This document shows positions 1 through 10,112 of a DNA stretch of 64,000 bases, piece after piece (the first letter of the stretch is position 1; each line of letters opens with the position of its first letter). The notes under the pieces were generated by a model. The model was not told the DNA's origin. It made no database searches and saw only the letters and a program-made list of their open reading frames with translations. The translations under genes and the position numbers were made by a program. The stretch spans positions 1 to 64,000 of IMG/VR virus record IMGVR_UViG_3300032307_000117; one strand, given 5' to 3'. This stretch comes from a virus.

Positions 1-463
1 CAAGCTTATCTTTTGTATAGTCTATAATATTGTGAAACTCTACGACTATTTGACGAAACCTATCTACAGACTCACTAGAGCAATTTTTTAAAACATCAAT
101 CTCCGAACCTTCAATATCCATTTTTAAAATTAAGTCTTTGTCAAAATCGGCTCTTGATATAGCTTCGTCTAAACCAATATCGCTTCCAACGGTCTCTTTA
201 AAGAATTTTGAATCTACCACATGCTCTGGCAAACCATCAATAGAGTTGTCATACATATGAATTCCGCTAGCAAATTTCATAAAGTCTTGATCCCAGCTTA
301 CATCTCCAGCAATACCAAAAGAAATTCCAAAGTCATTTTGGGTAATGTCGTCTACCAGAATATATCCACCGTCATTATCTCTACCAAATCTTTTATAAGA
401 CACCTCAACTGCTGTTGCCTTAGTCAAAATTGTTTTTAATCTTTTTACGTTGTCTATAATCAT
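1..463 (-). CDS. FkbM-like SAM-dependent methyltransferase (3' end outside window)
   Basis: Hand-translated: [10 protein letters not shown]...RFGRDNDGGYILVDD...ISFGIAGDVSWDQDF...LILKMDIEGSE...FRQIVVEFH. ATG overlaps the upstream stop (TAATG). KMDIEGxE and QIVVEFH are typical of FkbM/Methyltransf_21-22. Confidence 0.75.
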   Translation of the reverse strand, partial: MIIDNVKRLKTILTKATAVEVSYKRFGRDNDGGYILVDDITQNDFGISFGIAGDVSWDQDFMKFASGIHMYDNSIDGLPEHVVDSKFFKETVGSDIGLDEAISRADFDKDLILKMDIEGSEIDVLKNCSSESVDRFRQIVVEFHNIIDYTKDKL

Positions 464-1056
464 TAGGCTTCTCTTTTATAATAGTAAACTGCCTTGGTAA
501 ATCCTGCAGCATCATATTTAAACAATAGGCTAGCGTTAAGGGATAACTTTATTAGTTCTAAAGATATTGGCCTATACTCTCCAGGATTAATGTCTGAATT
601 AGTGGTCCCCGAAAAATCCTCACAAATTAATGCATGATTGCAAGATTCTTTTATTTTGTTAAGTATTTTATTTACATCGGAGTTTGGGTTGTGCTGCAAA
701 ACATCCTTTATTATAATTAAATCAGATTGTGGATATTCTTCATCAATAATGGAGGAGTTTATAATTCTGTAGTCTTTATCCTTATTATTTTTATAGAATA
801 ATGCAACTGCTGCATTCGAAGCCTCAATACCAACGTAGGACATATTTTCAAGATTTAGCTTTGAAACAAGTCTTCCGTCTCCAGATCCCAAATCCAATAT
901 TGATTTTATGTTATTTTCTGCAATAAATTTTTGCAGAAATACCAGCCAATCGGCAGAAACTTGGGGGTCAGACCCAGGCCCTGAATTCTTGTCCGAACTC
1001 CAAACCCCGTTCTTGTATATGCTATCCCACAAATCTAAAGCTGACAAGACACGCAC
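463..1056 (-). CDS. class I SAM-dependent methyltransferase (true start may be TTG near 1032)
   Basis: SGPGS motif, ILDLGSGDG motif [17 protein letters not shown]. Confidence 0.8.
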   Translation of the reverse strand: MRVLSALDLWDSIYKNGVWSSDKNSGPGSDPQVSADWLVFLQKFIAENNIKSILDLGSGDGRLVSKLNLENMSYVGIEASNAAVALFYKNNKDKDYRIINSSIIDEEYPQSDLIIIKDVLQHNPNSDVNKILNKIKESCNHALICEDFSGTTNSDINPGEYRPISLELIKLSLNASLLFKYDAAGFTKAVYYYKREA

Positions 1057-3158
1057 CCTTCCATCTCTGTACCCTCTAGTGCAGTCTGTCTAATGCGAAT
1101 GTAGTAAATTGTTTTGATACCCTTTTTCCATGCGTAAATCTGTGCCTTGTTTACGTCACGAGTAGTAGCAGTATCCTTAAAGAATAGTGTCAAGGATAGC
1201 CCCTGATCAATGTGCTGCGTTGCTGCAGCATAAACATCAATAACCTTTTCTGGACCAATCTCGTATGCATCCTGGAAGTATTCACGGTTGTCATTAGTTA
1301 GGTATGGGGCAGGGTAGTAAACACGACCCAGCTTTCCCTCTTTACGAATTTCAATCTGAGACGCAATAGGATGAATAGAGCTAGTGCTATTGTTAATGTA
1401 GCTAATTGATCCTGTAGGTGGAACTGCTTGTAGGTTCTGGTTGTATAGACCATGAGCCATTACAGAACTAGCTAAAGACTTCCAATCTTCTTGTGTTGGA
1501 ATTTCAATATTTGCATTAGCAAAAATCTTTGCAACTTTATCTGTTTGTGGTAGCCACTCTTGAGTAGTATATTTAGTAAAAAATTCGCCAGACGCATACT
1601 TGGACTTTTCAAAACCCTCAAAAGGCGATCCTGTTTCCTTTGCAAGCTTATTGCTTGCTCGTAGTGCATGGTACAACACTGTGTAGAAATAGATGTTTGT
1701 AAAGTCAATTGATTCCTCTTCTCCATAATGCATCTCCTCTTTTCCAAAATATCCATGTAGGTTCATCTGCCCTAGACCAATTGCACGAGACTTTCTATTA
1801 CCTTCTGCAACAGACATTACGGAATCAATGTAGGACTGCTCAGATACCGATGTAAGGGCACGAATGGCGATTTCAATGGTTTTACCAAAGTCTGGAGACT
1901 CCATAGCTTTTGCAATGTTTAGTGATCCTAAGTTACATGAGATGTCCTTGCCAATATCCTTGTATGACATGTCATTGTTGTAGGTGGTTGGGGTGTTGAC
2001 CTGCAGAATTTCAGAGCAGAGGTTAGACATGTTGATGCGGCCCTCAATTGGGTTTTCCTTATTTACAGTATCCTCATAAACGATGTATGGATAGCCAGAC
2101 TCAAACTGTAGCTCTGCAATCTTTTCAAAAAGCTCACGGGCCTTGATCTTGGACTTACGGATGCGTGGGTCATCGACCATCTCGTTGTATAGTTCTGTAA
2201 CAGATACATCGCTCATTGGTTTTCCATAGACTCTTTCTACGTCGTATGGAGAGAATAGATACATATCTTCATTAGTCTTAGCAAGTTCGATAGTAATGTC
2301 TGGAATAACTACCCCCAGGCTTAGGGTCTTGATGCGAGTCTTTTCGTCAGCGTTTTCTTTCTTGGTATCCAAGAATCTCATAATGTCTGGGTGGTGAGCG
2401 TTTAGGTAAACCGCACCTGCACCCTGACGAGCACCTAGCTGGTTGGCGTAGGAGAATGCATCCTCAAGCATCTTCATGACTGGGATAACTCCAGAGGACT
2501 GACTTTCAATCTTCTTAATTGGTGCCCCATGTTCACGAACGTTTGTAAGATTAAGACCTACACCACCACCACGCTTTGATAGCTGAAGGGATGATGCGAC
2601 AGCACGAGCAATTGACTCCATGTTATCTTCTACACGTAGCAAGAAACAAGACACAAACTCTCCACGCTGCTTCTTACCAGCATTAAGAAATGTTGGGGTA
2701 GCTGGTTGGAAACGACCTGAGATAATTTCGTCTACAGTGTCTTTTGCAATCTGCTCATTACCACGTGCAAGCATAAGTGCGTTCATTACGACACGGTCTT
2801 CAAAGCGCTCTAGGTAGCGCTCACCATCAAAAGTCTTTAGGGCATAGGATGTATAAAACTTGTAGGCTCCGACAAATGTAGGGAATCTAAACTTATATGA
2901 GTATGTGTGCTTAAATAGATCTTTGATAAATTCTGCGGAATACTGGTCTAAGACATCTTTGTCATAGTATTCATTTTCAACAAGATAGCTTAGCTTTTCT
3001 TCAATAGAGTGAAAGAATACTGTGTTCTGGTTTACGTGATCTAAGAAGTATGACTTTGCGGCCTCCCTATCCTTGTCAAACTGTATCTTGCCATTCTCGT
3101 CATAGAGATTTAGCATTGCGTTTAGTTCGTGGTAGCTATAGCCGTTATTCGTTGTCAT
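1035..3158 (-). CDS. nrdE: ribonucleotide reductase class Ib alpha subunit
   Basis: [24 protein letters not shown] catalytic motif, C-terminal CVSC; no ATP cone; adjacent to nrdI. Confidence 0.97.
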   Translation of the reverse strand: MTTNNGYSYHELNAMLNLYDENGKIQFDKDREAAKSYFLDHVNQNTVFFHSIEEKLSYLVENEYYDKDVLDQYSAEFIKDLFKHTYSYKFRFPTFVGAYKFYTSYALKTFDGERYLERFEDRVVMNALMLARGNEQIAKDTVDEIISGRFQPATPTFLNAGKKQRGEFVSCFLLRVEDNMESIARAVASSLQLSKRGGGVGLNLTNVREHGAPIKKIESQSSGVIPVMKMLEDAFSYANQLGARQGAGAVYLNAHHPDIMRFLDTKKENADEKTRIKTLSLGVVIPDITIELAKTNEDMYLFSPYDVERVYGKPMSDVSVTELYNEMVDDPRIRKSKIKARELFEKIAELQFESGYPYIVYEDTVNKENPIEGRINMSNLCSEILQVNTPTTYNNDMSYKDIGKDISCNLGSLNIAKAMESPDFGKTIEIAIRALTSVSEQSYIDSVMSVAEGNRKSRAIGLGQMNLHGYFGKEEMHYGEEESIDFTNIYFYTVLYHALRASNKLAKETGSPFEGFEKSKYASGEFFTKYTTQEWLPQTDKVAKIFANANIEIPTQEDWKSLASSVMAHGLYNQNLQAVPPTGSISYINNSTSSIHPIASQIEIRKEGKLGRVYYPAPYLTNDNREYFQDAYEIGPEKVIDVYAAATQHIDQGLSLTLFFKDTATTRDVNKAQIYAWKKGIKTIYYIRIRQTALEGTEMEGCVSCQL

Positions 3159-3561
3159 ACAACATCCTCATTCTTTCTTTTACAATATTTAGGTCTTCTG
3201 GTGTTCCAAATATCTCTACTCTAGCGATAATTGGCACCCCAGTTTTTTGAGAGATAACCTCTGCGGCTTTGCAGAAGTGCTCTCCAAAATTGGTGTTCCC
3301 AAATCCAACGATACCCCTAAGGTTATCCCTGTTTTGGGAAATATTTAAAAACTTCTTGACTTGCCTAGGGACTGCTGAGCTTTCAGAGCCGCCACCATAG
3401 GTAGGAATAAACAATACAAAATCACTGGGGGCAACCAAGGGATCAGATTGATCCCAATCGATAGGAATTCTGTGAACATTCCCAAAGCTGTCTCCCAGTT
3501 TCTCCACAAATTTTTTAGTATTACCAGAGTAGTTTGAAAAGTATACTATGTTGATGGACAT
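3145..3561 (-). CDS. nrdI: NrdI flavodoxin
   Basis: [28 protein letters not shown] motifs. Confidence 0.95.
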   Translation of the reverse strand: MSINIVYFSNYSGNTKKFVEKLGDSFGNVHRIPIDWDQSDPLVAPSDFVLFIPTYGGGSESSAVPRQVKKFLNISQNRDNLRGIVGFGNTNFGEHFCKAAEVISQKTGVPIIARVEIFGTPEDLNIVKERMRMLYDNE

Positions 3562-3609
3562 CTATTATACCTCTCTTTTAAACTTGTTGCAAATCAATGA
3601 TTTTTATAA

Positions 3610-3640
3610 TATAAATGGGGGCACCTTTCGATGCCCCCAC
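3610..3640 (-). terminator. intrinsic terminator after the surface-protein gene
   Basis: Minus strand TGGGGGCATC-GAAA-GGTGCCCCCA hairpin followed by TTTATATT. Confidence 0.8.
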
Positions 3641-3652
3641 TCAATTAATAGG

Positions 3653-4513
3653 TTACTTCTTTTTCTTTAGCTTAGCTACTCGCTTAGCTAGCTTGGCTAC
3701 CTTGGCCTCTAGCTCTGCAATCTTTGCATTTGCAGCAGTGATTGCATCGTTTAGGTTGAGTACGCTTACAGTAAACGATACCTCTGTTACTGGCTTAGCT
3801 AGTCCAGCTACTGCAGTTGCAGAAATTCTGGCTACACCAAAGTCGTTTCCAGCTGTTGCTGGAGCAGTAACAACAGCCTTGTAGACCTTGTCAGTTGCAT
3901 TCCAGGCAAACTGTGTTGTAACAGTGCCACGAAGAACTGTTGCGGTAATTGCAGCATTCTCCACAGCATTTCCAAAGATGTCCTGAGCTGTCGCAGTTAG
4001 GTTTACTGCAGACCCTAGTCCTGCAAAAGCTGGAGCAGTCACAGAAACTGTGTATGCTGGGCCAGCTGTTCCCTTAACGTGGTAAACAGTTGTGTTTCCA
4101 CCAACAGAAACTGATACAGAACCAGTTGCAGTTGATGTGGTGTACACGTAGATGTCTGCAGTTGTTCCGCTACCTGTGTTTACAGATACAGAAGATGCTC
4201 CAGCATCTGCCTTAACTACGTCTGAACCAGTGGTGACCTTTGTCACAAGCTTTAGGTTAGTTGTAGTTGCGGTTACAGTGGTGTTTGTTGCAACACCAGT
4301 AAGTGCAATGCGAAGTGCATCTGCAGAGCTAACATCGTTATCTGCTGGAACTGGAACAGCAATTGCAGTTGCTGCAGTTGTTCCACCAGTAGCAGAAGAT
4401 CCTGCAATAGTTAGCGTTGCGGTATTAGCATTTGCAGGAACAGCCACGAGCATAGCTCCTGCAAGAGCTACTGCAGAGGCAATAGCGATTAGTGGATTCT
4501 TAAATGAATTCAT
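3653..4513 (-). CDS. secreted Ala/Thr/Val-rich beta-sandwich protein with signal peptide and basic C-terminal coiled coil (host surface/S-layer-like)
   Basis: N-terminal MNSFKNPLIAIASAVALAGAMLVAVPANA (AxA site); beta-strand-rich body; C-terminal AKIAELEAKVAKLAKRVAKLKKKK; AGGAG SD. Confidence 0.7.
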   Translation of the reverse strand: MNSFKNPLIAIASAVALAGAMLVAVPANANTATLTIAGSSATGGTTAATAIAVPVPADNDVSSADALRIALTGVATNTTVTATTTNLKLVTKVTTGSDVVKADAGASSVSVNTGSGTTADIYVYTTSTATGSVSVSVGGNTTVYHVKGTAGPAYTVSVTAPAFAGLGSAVNLTATAQDIFGNAVENAAITATVLRGTVTTQFAWNATDKVYKAVVTAPATAGNDFGVARISATAVAGLAKPVTEVSFTVSVLNLNDAITAANAKIAELEAKVAKLAKRVAKLKKKK

Positions 4514-4530
4514 TTATTTATTTCTCCTAT

Positions 4531-6315
4531 TTACATTAGATTAAATCTATCCAAATATTCTTTTACTTCTTTTGGGATAGGCTTATATTGTATCACATTG
4601 CTTCTTTCGTTGTCAACCTGTGTTTTAGGCCTATCTTTGAAAGTATGAATCTCTACTTCAAGGTTTTGGTCTCTAGGGGTGTGGGATATTGCCCCAAATA
4701 CCGCCCCACAAACGGCGTCAGCCAAGTCCTTAGACTTTTTACGTGGGTGGTCAACCTTATTATTCTTCATAATCTTAAGTTCTGTTAGCTCTTCATACAG
4801 GAGGTCTATGGCTGGCATAGCTAGCCTTTCTTCATATATGAGCATTGCCATATCCTCATAGTGCTTTTTAGCAACAGATACCGTCTCTGTTCTAAGCCCC
4901 ACTTGCTTTAGCTCATTCTGGATATCAAATGACTGCCAGCGGTCAAAGCTAACCATTCCGATATTAAATCCTAGCCTTCTTAGGTTTTGAATCCATTGCT
5001 TAACCTCAGATAGGTTTACTGGGCCTTCAACCCTTGGCTCCCAGTATGCTACTGCATCCACAACAACGACTGGTGCTACCTGCTGGTAGTCCTTAATAAC
5101 CTGAATGTTTACCCATTTATCTACGTGAGCAATTGCTACCGCACACTTGTCGTGTTGCTGAGCAAGGTCGGCATGGACATAGTAAATCTTTTCTGGATCT
5201 GGAACAAACGTTTCATCAAATCTTCTAAAGGCATCCAGAGGATTACGAAGCATCATTGCTTCACGAACCTTTTCTGTCTGCTTAAAAAATGCATCAGATG
5301 AGTAGGTTGGGACGCAAGCAAAACGCTGCATGGCATCTCCGAGATCTGTATAAAAAGCTAGCTTGAAGTCATCAATCTTTCTAGTTGGATTAACTTCCCA
5401 CGTTGGTTTCTTTAGCGCAAACATTCCTGGATACTTGTAAGAGATTATGTTATCTTCATCCCAAGATATTTCCATAGAATTTCCTGGGGCATCTTCTGGA
5501 AGATCTTCGTTCATAATAAACTTGTGAGTCTTGGCGACAACTTCTTTTTCCATGATGACATCTTCGTATCTCTGAGAAATAAAGTCTCCTGGATAGCGTG
5601 GGAACGATAGCAAAGCAACCTTGCCAAGGTCTGGGAAACGAGAGTCTACGGATGCACGGAAGGCCTTGTAGATGTTGTCTGCTGTTTTACCCTGGTCATT
5701 ACCAGTCCCAACCTCATTTGCGAATCCAGAAATCTCATCAAGAACTGCTAGGATTAGGTTAAGACCCTCGTGAGATTCTCGTTCTGAGTGACCAGAGTAA
5801 ACAGTAATAGCCTTATCGAACTCTACGCTATCTGCCTTTGCATAAAACTTTCCTGCAAACCATGGAGACTTTTCTACCTTAGTCTTGAACCCTTTAAAGA
5901 AAACGTTCTTAGCCTGCTGTGCGTTAATAGCTACGTTAATAATATCAATAGCATCTCCAGATGGCTTGCCAAAGTATCTTGCTGGATCCTTTAGACATAG
6001 AAGCTTGTATACGATGTAGGCACAGGCCACGGTAGATGTAAAGTCTTTTCCAGATCCCTTGCCCAGCTGTAGAATAACTTCATTTTTTGTATACTTCTTG
6101 TAGTATCTTCTACCCTCTTCATCGCCCATAAGATCAATAAGATCTTCTTGCTTGTAGATCTGGCTCATAGCTTCTACAATCTGATACTGGATTTCAGATA
6201 GCGGAGGCTGATTAAGATAATTCTCACCTTCAACAAATGTCTTTGCGTCTACAGGCTTCTCCTCAAAGTTGTCTGCCTTAAGAACCTCAAAGAATTCATT
6301 AAACGTTGTGGACAA
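4531..6315 (-). CDS. terL: terminase large subunit
   Basis: Walker A QLGKGSGKD, Walker B AVLDE, nuclease motifs HADLA, FDRW, KDLADA. Confidence 0.93.
   Translation of the reverse strand: MSTTFNEFFEVLKADNFEEKPVDAKTFVEGENYLNQPPLSEIQYQIVEAMSQIYKQEDLIDLMGDEEGRRYYKKYTKNEVILQLGKGSGKDFTSTVACAYIVYKLLCLKDPARYFGKPSGDAIDIINVAINAQQAKNVFFKGFKTKVEKSPWFAGKFYAKADSVEFDKAITVYSGHSERESHEGLNLILAVLDEISGFANEVGTGNDQGKTADNIYKAFRASVDSRFPDLGKVALLSFPRYPGDFISQRYEDVIMEKEVVAKTHKFIMNEDLPEDAPGNSMEISWDEDNIISYKYPGMFALKKPTWEVNPTRKIDDFKLAFYTDLGDAMQRFACVPTYSSDAFFKQTEKVREAMMLRNPLDAFRRFDETFVPDPEKIYYVHADLAQQHDKCAVAIAHVDKWVNIQVIKDYQQVAPVVVVDAVAYWEPRVEGPVNLSEVKQWIQNLRRLGFNIGMVSFDRWQSFDIQNELKQVGLRTETVSVAKKHYEDMAMLIYEERLAMPAIDLLYEELTELKIMKNNKVDHPRKKSKDLADAVCGAVFGAISHTPRDQNLEVEIHTFKDRPKTQVDNERSNVIQYKPIPKEVKEYLDRFNLM
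4587..4616 (-). promoter_or_regulatory. near-consensus sigma-A promoter inside the terL 3' end, positioned to drive 3653..4513
   Basis: TTGACA-N18-TACAAT with TG extension (TGATACAAT). Confidence 0.7.
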
Positions 6316-6832
6316 TTGTGATTACCTCTTTTTCTTTAGAGACATCAGATAGCCTACGCATAATCTCATCACGAATCTGTGGATACTCTGCAGCTATGTC
6401 TCTTAGAATACCGACCAGGATATCCTGCTTTCTCTCAATCTCCAGCATCTCTTCTGCTAGCTCTTTGTTTTCTAGCAGACCAGCTTTCTGCAGCATGTCA
6501 ATTCTTTTAGCTTCAATATCCAATACCAGCTTAATTGCTGATGTTTTTGCTGTAAGGTTTGCTGTGGTGGTGGCATCATCTATAACTTCGTAAGCCTTTT
6601 GTATTAGTTTGTTATAGTGTGTGTCTGCTCCTGCAAGCGCTTCCTTTGCCCTGGCTCTAATGACGGCATTGTCGGAAGCCATCTGCTTCCACTCATTGAT
6701 ATGGGCTACGACCTTTTGTCTTGGTATCACAAGCTCTTTTGATATCTGTGTTGGATCATTACCCTTAAGGTATTCTTCTACGACCTTATTTACTTCATCT
6801 AAATGCTCTATTAGTTTATCTTCAGTTGACAT
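6299..6832 (-). CDS. terS: terminase small subunit (putative)
   Basis: N-terminal HTH-like segment, helical body, overlaps terL start. Confidence 0.65.
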   Translation of the reverse strand: MSTEDKLIEHLDEVNKVVEEYLKGNDPTQISKELVIPRQKVVAHINEWKQMASDNAVIRARAKEALAGADTHYNKLIQKAYEVIDDATTTANLTAKTSAIKLVLDIEAKRIDMLQKAGLLENKELAEEMLEIERKQDILVGILRDIAAEYPQIRDEIMRRLSDVSKEKEVITIVHNV

Positions 6833-7103
6833 TTCTTCTTCCCCTCTTTGTTGGAATTCTCTTTATTTTATCAATCTTAAAGGACCTATATGCAGAAGCT
6901 GCACCCCTTTGCATTTCAAAGCAGTCGACCCACTTAGCCCCAGTAAGTGTGTTTGTAACAAGGCTGTCAAACTTAAACTTGGTTCCGTATTCTCCACGCA
7001 CCTTTATGATGTCGCCCTTTTGTATCACAAAGTTATCTAGCTGAAGCTCATACTCTCTGCTAAAGATAGTTGATGCTACTGGCGCAAAAGTTCTTTTATT
7101 CAT
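6822..7103 (-). CDS. hypothetical protein
   Basis: ORF coupled to both neighbours by overlaps. Confidence 0.7.
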   Translation of the reverse strand: MNKRTFAPVASTIFSREYELQLDNFVIQKGDIIKVRGEYGTKFKFDSLVTNTLTGAKWVDCFEMQRGAASAYRSFKIDKIKRIPTKRGRRNVN

Positions 7104-7255
7104 CTCCCAGCCTTTCTGAGATTAAACTTCTTTAGATAGAGGTAGATAGTTTCTACGCTTACCCCGCACTCCTTGGCAATCTCCTCTGGAGTCTTTTTAT
7201 CGATCCAGTATCTTTTGCGTAGAAATGCTTCGCTTGTGTGTAGTTTAGCAGCCAT
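7100..7255 (-). CDS. small HTH DNA-binding protein (51 aa, not in ORF track)
   Basis: Hand-translated MAAKLHTSEAFLRKRYWIDKKTPEEIAKECGVSVETIYLYLKKFNLRKAGR; clear HTH pattern; ATGA overlap with the next gene. Confidence 0.8.
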   Translation of the reverse strand: MAAKLHTSEAFLRKRYWIDKKTPEEIAKECGVSVETIYLYLKKFNLRKAGR

Positions 7256-7270
7256 GATTTAGTTTGTCAA
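7242..7270 (-). promoter_or_regulatory. sigma-A-type promoter straddling the HTH gene start
   Basis: TTGACA-N17-TAAACT with TG extension (TGCTAAACT). Confidence 0.55.
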
Positions 7271-7840
7271 CTTCTCCCAATTATTGATGGCCCAATGTCC
7301 AATACCACAGGCATCTGCAACATCGTTATCATCTATTGTTTTATCATAGTAGGTATTAATAAAGCTAATAGTCTTCTGCTTTCTTAATTCTCTTTCATGA
7401 GCTTTGTACCAAGCCTTTGACTTACCTGGAAATTCCTGAACAATGTCCTGCTTCTCTTTTGTTGTAAATCTTTTGTTCCCCAAAAAGTTTTGCCACGTTA
7501 TAGGGCTTACAGATCCAGATATCTTTATGCCGTGTATCCCAGCAGCCCCCAGGATGGCTCCCTGGACTAGGGCAAGGTCAGCTGCCACCTTTGGACTATT
7601 CATAAATACTGTATGCTCAATTACAATAGCATCTACGGCATCATAGATAGAAAAGAATGAGCTAACCTTTCTGCAGGCATCTGCAACCTTTTCGTAATTA
7701 GTTTTTCCCTCAAACTTAATCTTCCCAGTTGAGATTAAATCTTTTTTATTAAAGACTGCAAATGCAAGGCTATTTGTACTAGCATCTATTGCAAAAATTG
7801 TATCTGGCTGGCTACTCTTTATTTGGCTTAGATTTACCAT
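7259..7840 (-). CDS. RuvC-like Holliday junction resolvase
   Basis: IFAIDAS, IVIEH, DDNDVADACGIG acidic RNase H-fold motifs. Confidence 0.8.
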   Translation of the reverse strand: MVNLSQIKSSQPDTIFAIDASTNSLAFAVFNKKDLISTGKIKFEGKTNYEKVADACRKVSSFFSIYDAVDAIVIEHTVFMNSPKVAADLALVQGAILGAAGIHGIKISGSVSPITWQNFLGNKRFTTKEKQDIVQEFPGKSKAWYKAHERELRKQKTISFINTYYDKTIDDNDVADACGIGHWAINNWEKLTN

Positions 7841-8114
7841 TGGCCAACCCCTTTATATCCTTCAGAGCTTTTGAGACATCCCCTGGAATAATTAAACATC
7901 TTGGACAAAGAACTTCGTCATTATAAATTGATAGGACGCTATCGCAAGACTTACACTTTCGTTCTTTTGAAACCCTATTGGTTCTTCTCTTTACAAGATA
8001 CCTAGCCGCAATCTTTTCTTTGGTCGCAGCCTCTCTACAGCTCACAGAGCAGTAGATCTGGTAAGAAATTTGTGTGTCGAACTGTGCGTCACACCATTGG
8101 CAATGTTTCATCAA
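7812..8114 (-). CDS. Cys-rich zinc-binding protein
   Basis: CxxC, YCSxSC, CxxC, CxxC. Confidence 0.7.
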   Translation of the reverse strand: MMKHCQWCDAQFDTQISYQIYCSVSCREAATKEKIAARYLVKRRTNRVSKERKCKSCDSVLSIYNDEVLCPRCLIIPGDVSKALKDIKGLANGKSKPNKE

Positions 8115-8889
8115 GTGGCTCCAAGGATTTGATCTTTAGCTCTCCAACACCAGCATCTGCACACACCTTTGTCAAAGGACATGTTTTGCAGATCTTTGAG
8201 TTTGAACGATAGTTCTTGGTTGGAAGCTTCTTGTCTTCCCAAGCCTTACGAACCTCTTTCATCCAATCAAATGCTGCATTTACCCACTTTTTGTAATAGT
8301 CATTTATTTCAACTGGAATAATCAATAGGTCATGGTTATTCTTGTTTTCATAAATTAGCACCGCTCTTGCTTTTTTAAGAATCTTCATATAGATTAGTAG
8401 CTGAATTAGGTGGCCAGTCTTAGCCTTACCAGCAGCCTTTCTATACTCAAATCCCTCGCTTGGCATAGTCTTAATCTCGCCAAGAAGTTCTTCGCCACCC
8501 CAATTAAGAATGACGTCTCCAAATCCAAAAATCGGAGGATCATTATAAGTAATCTTGAACTCTGAATCCACAAGAAAGTCTGGCACGTTGCTCATGGCTT
8601 CCTGAATACGCTCGTGAGCCTTTGTTCCAGCCGTCATGTTAGCTCCACCATAAGCATCTGCATTGTCCTCAAAGACTCCGCCTTCAAATGCAAGATACCA
8701 ATACCTAGGGCATTCACCATGAGAGAATGCTATTGTGCTTGGAGCAAAAGAGTTTTTCTTGGTAAACTTATCTACACGGTTAATAGTGTAGCCAGATCTA
8801 ATCTTTTCTATTAAGGCATCCTTGTCCACAAAAGAAGGACCTTCTCCTGGGCTTTTTACCATTATTTGTTTTAATAAGTTTTGTGCCAT
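8089..8889 (-). CDS. Cas4-like PD-(D/E)XK exonuclease
   Basis: CPR, GTKAHERIQ, GFGD, GEIKT, QLLIY, C-terminal CxxCxxxxxC. Confidence 0.85.
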   Translation of the reverse strand: MAQNLLKQIMVKSPGEGPSFVDKDALIEKIRSGYTINRVDKFTKKNSFAPSTIAFSHGECPRYWYLAFEGGVFEDNADAYGGANMTAGTKAHERIQEAMSNVPDFLVDSEFKITYNDPPIFGFGDVILNWGGEELLGEIKTMPSEGFEYRKAAGKAKTGHLIQLLIYMKILKKARAVLIYENKNNHDLLIIPVEINDYYKKWVNAAFDWMKEVRKAWEDKKLPTKNYRSNSKICKTCPLTKVCADAGVGELKIKSLEPLDETLPMV

Positions 8890-8895
8890 AATAAT

Positions 8896-9207
8896 TTAGC
8901 GAGTTATATACTTTAGGGCAGAAACCAGTTGTCCAACTGCCTCTGCTGCCGTATAGTATAAGTTCTTCTTCGCCCTATCTCCTTTATCAACATTTGCCAT
9001 CCATGTGGCTTTTAGCGATAGCTTTGCAGCAATAGCCTGCAATCTAACTATTTCGAGAGTAACGACGTTAATAGGAATGTCTGGCTTGATAATAGCTTTT
9101 GCAATAAATGTTAGAGCCTGTGTAAGCTCCTCATCTTGCATGTAATCTGCTATTTCAGAGAGACCATTTATCTTATCAATCGTATTACTGTTTTCGTTTT
9201 TCTCCAT
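8896..9207 (-). CDS. hypothetical helical protein (start MEKNEN at 9207, leaderless)
   Basis: ATG lies 6 nt downstream of TGCTATAAT; the longer ORF call overlaps the upstream gene. Confidence 0.7.
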   Translation of the reverse strand: MEKNENSNTIDKINGLSEIADYMQDEELTQALTFIAKAIIKPDIPINVVTLEIVRLQAIAAKLSLKATWMANVDKGDRAKKNLYYTAAEAVGQLVSALKYITR

Positions 9208-9213
9208 AGTATA

Positions 9214-9222
9214 ATTATAGCA
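9214..9222 (-). promoter_or_regulatory. extended -10 promoter (leaderless)
   Basis: TGCTATAAT-N6-ATG. Confidence 0.65.
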
Positions 9223-9823
9223 CGAAGCCAGATTCTTGGATTCCCTGCTTTTCCTTGCTGGTAACGCTTGCCTTACCAGTAAACCAGGGCAATAGGTGGT
9301 AGTATAGATCAACTAGGAGGTTGACATCCTGAACCTGATATTCCTTCATTTCCTTCCAGGCCTTCTTGTCACCCTCCATGCATCGAACCCAAAGGCTAAA
9401 CCCAGAATGCTTAACCTTTGAACCCACGCCAAGTGCCTGGGCTACGTAGTCAAGCTTATTGGATGGAAACTGGAAGTTAGCCTTAGTGATGCTCATAAGG
9501 TCTAGGTCTTTTACTGGTGAAGGTGGGGTCATCCCATTCTCAAGGAATTCCCTATTGATGTGCTTGTGGTCAAATGCAGCAGAGTTCCAGCCGACAAGGA
9601 TGTCTGCCTCTTCCATTAGGCCGTGAAGCTCTTGAAGCATCTCCTTCTTGCCGTCATGATGGACTGATTTAAAGATAACCTTCTTTTTGTCTAGCCATCT
9701 AGCACCAAAGCATAGCATTTCTGTTGGCTTAATGATTTGATCAATGGTTATGTTTTGATCCCATAGTCCCCAAGCATAAACCTGCATTGGAGTTGTTTCT
9801 ATATCCAGTAGTAATATTTTCAT
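9215..9823 (-). CDS. RNase H-like 3'-5' exonuclease (YprB/DnaQ-like)
   Basis: LDIET, GWNSAAFD, YQVQDV: ExoI-III motifs. Confidence 0.85.
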   Translation of the reverse strand: MKILLLDIETTPMQVYAWGLWDQNITIDQIIKPTEMLCFGARWLDKKKVIFKSVHHDGKKEMLQELHGLMEEADILVGWNSAAFDHKHINREFLENGMTPPSPVKDLDLMSITKANFQFPSNKLDYVAQALGVGSKVKHSGFSLWVRCMEGDKKAWKEMKEYQVQDVNLLVDLYYHLLPWFTGKASVTSKEKQGIQESGFVL

Positions 9824-9824
9824 T

Positions 9825-10112
9825 TTATTTATTATCCTCTATTAGTTGTTCTAAAATTGACATCTCTATAACTGCTAGTCTTGTCTTAATTCCTGATTCT
9901 CCTAGGACCACAACGATTGCTGGGTCCTTGCCGTTCTTTAGTGCATCAGTCGTAGCTTTTGCCCATACATCTTTATTAAGTGTAAATGACTTGCCAACTT
10001 CCTTAAAGTCAATAACGAAGTTTTCCCAGGATGCGTCTCCCTTTTGTGTATTCCTGCCAGAATTCTTGTGCTGCTTAGCACCAATTCTTTTGGACTCACC
10101 CTTTTCGCTCAT
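9825..10112 (-). CDS. small PD-(D/E)XK nuclease / resolvase-like protein
   Basis: NSGR..KGD....VIDFKE. Confidence 0.6.
   Translation of the reverse strand: MSEKGESKRIGAKQHKNSGRNTQKGDASWENFVIDFKEVGKSFTLNKDVWAKATTDALKNGKDPAIVVVLGESGIKTRLAVIEMSILEQLIEDNK

Noticed and set aside
3564-3592. TTGCAA-N17-TATAAT directly before nrdI
   Set aside because: TATAAT is only 2 nt from the ATG and adjoins the GAGAGG SD, so it cannot transcribe intact nrdI; it may be coincidental.
8089-8889. CRISPR-Cas association of the Cas4-like gene
   Set aside because: No array or other cas genes; the context is phage recombination.
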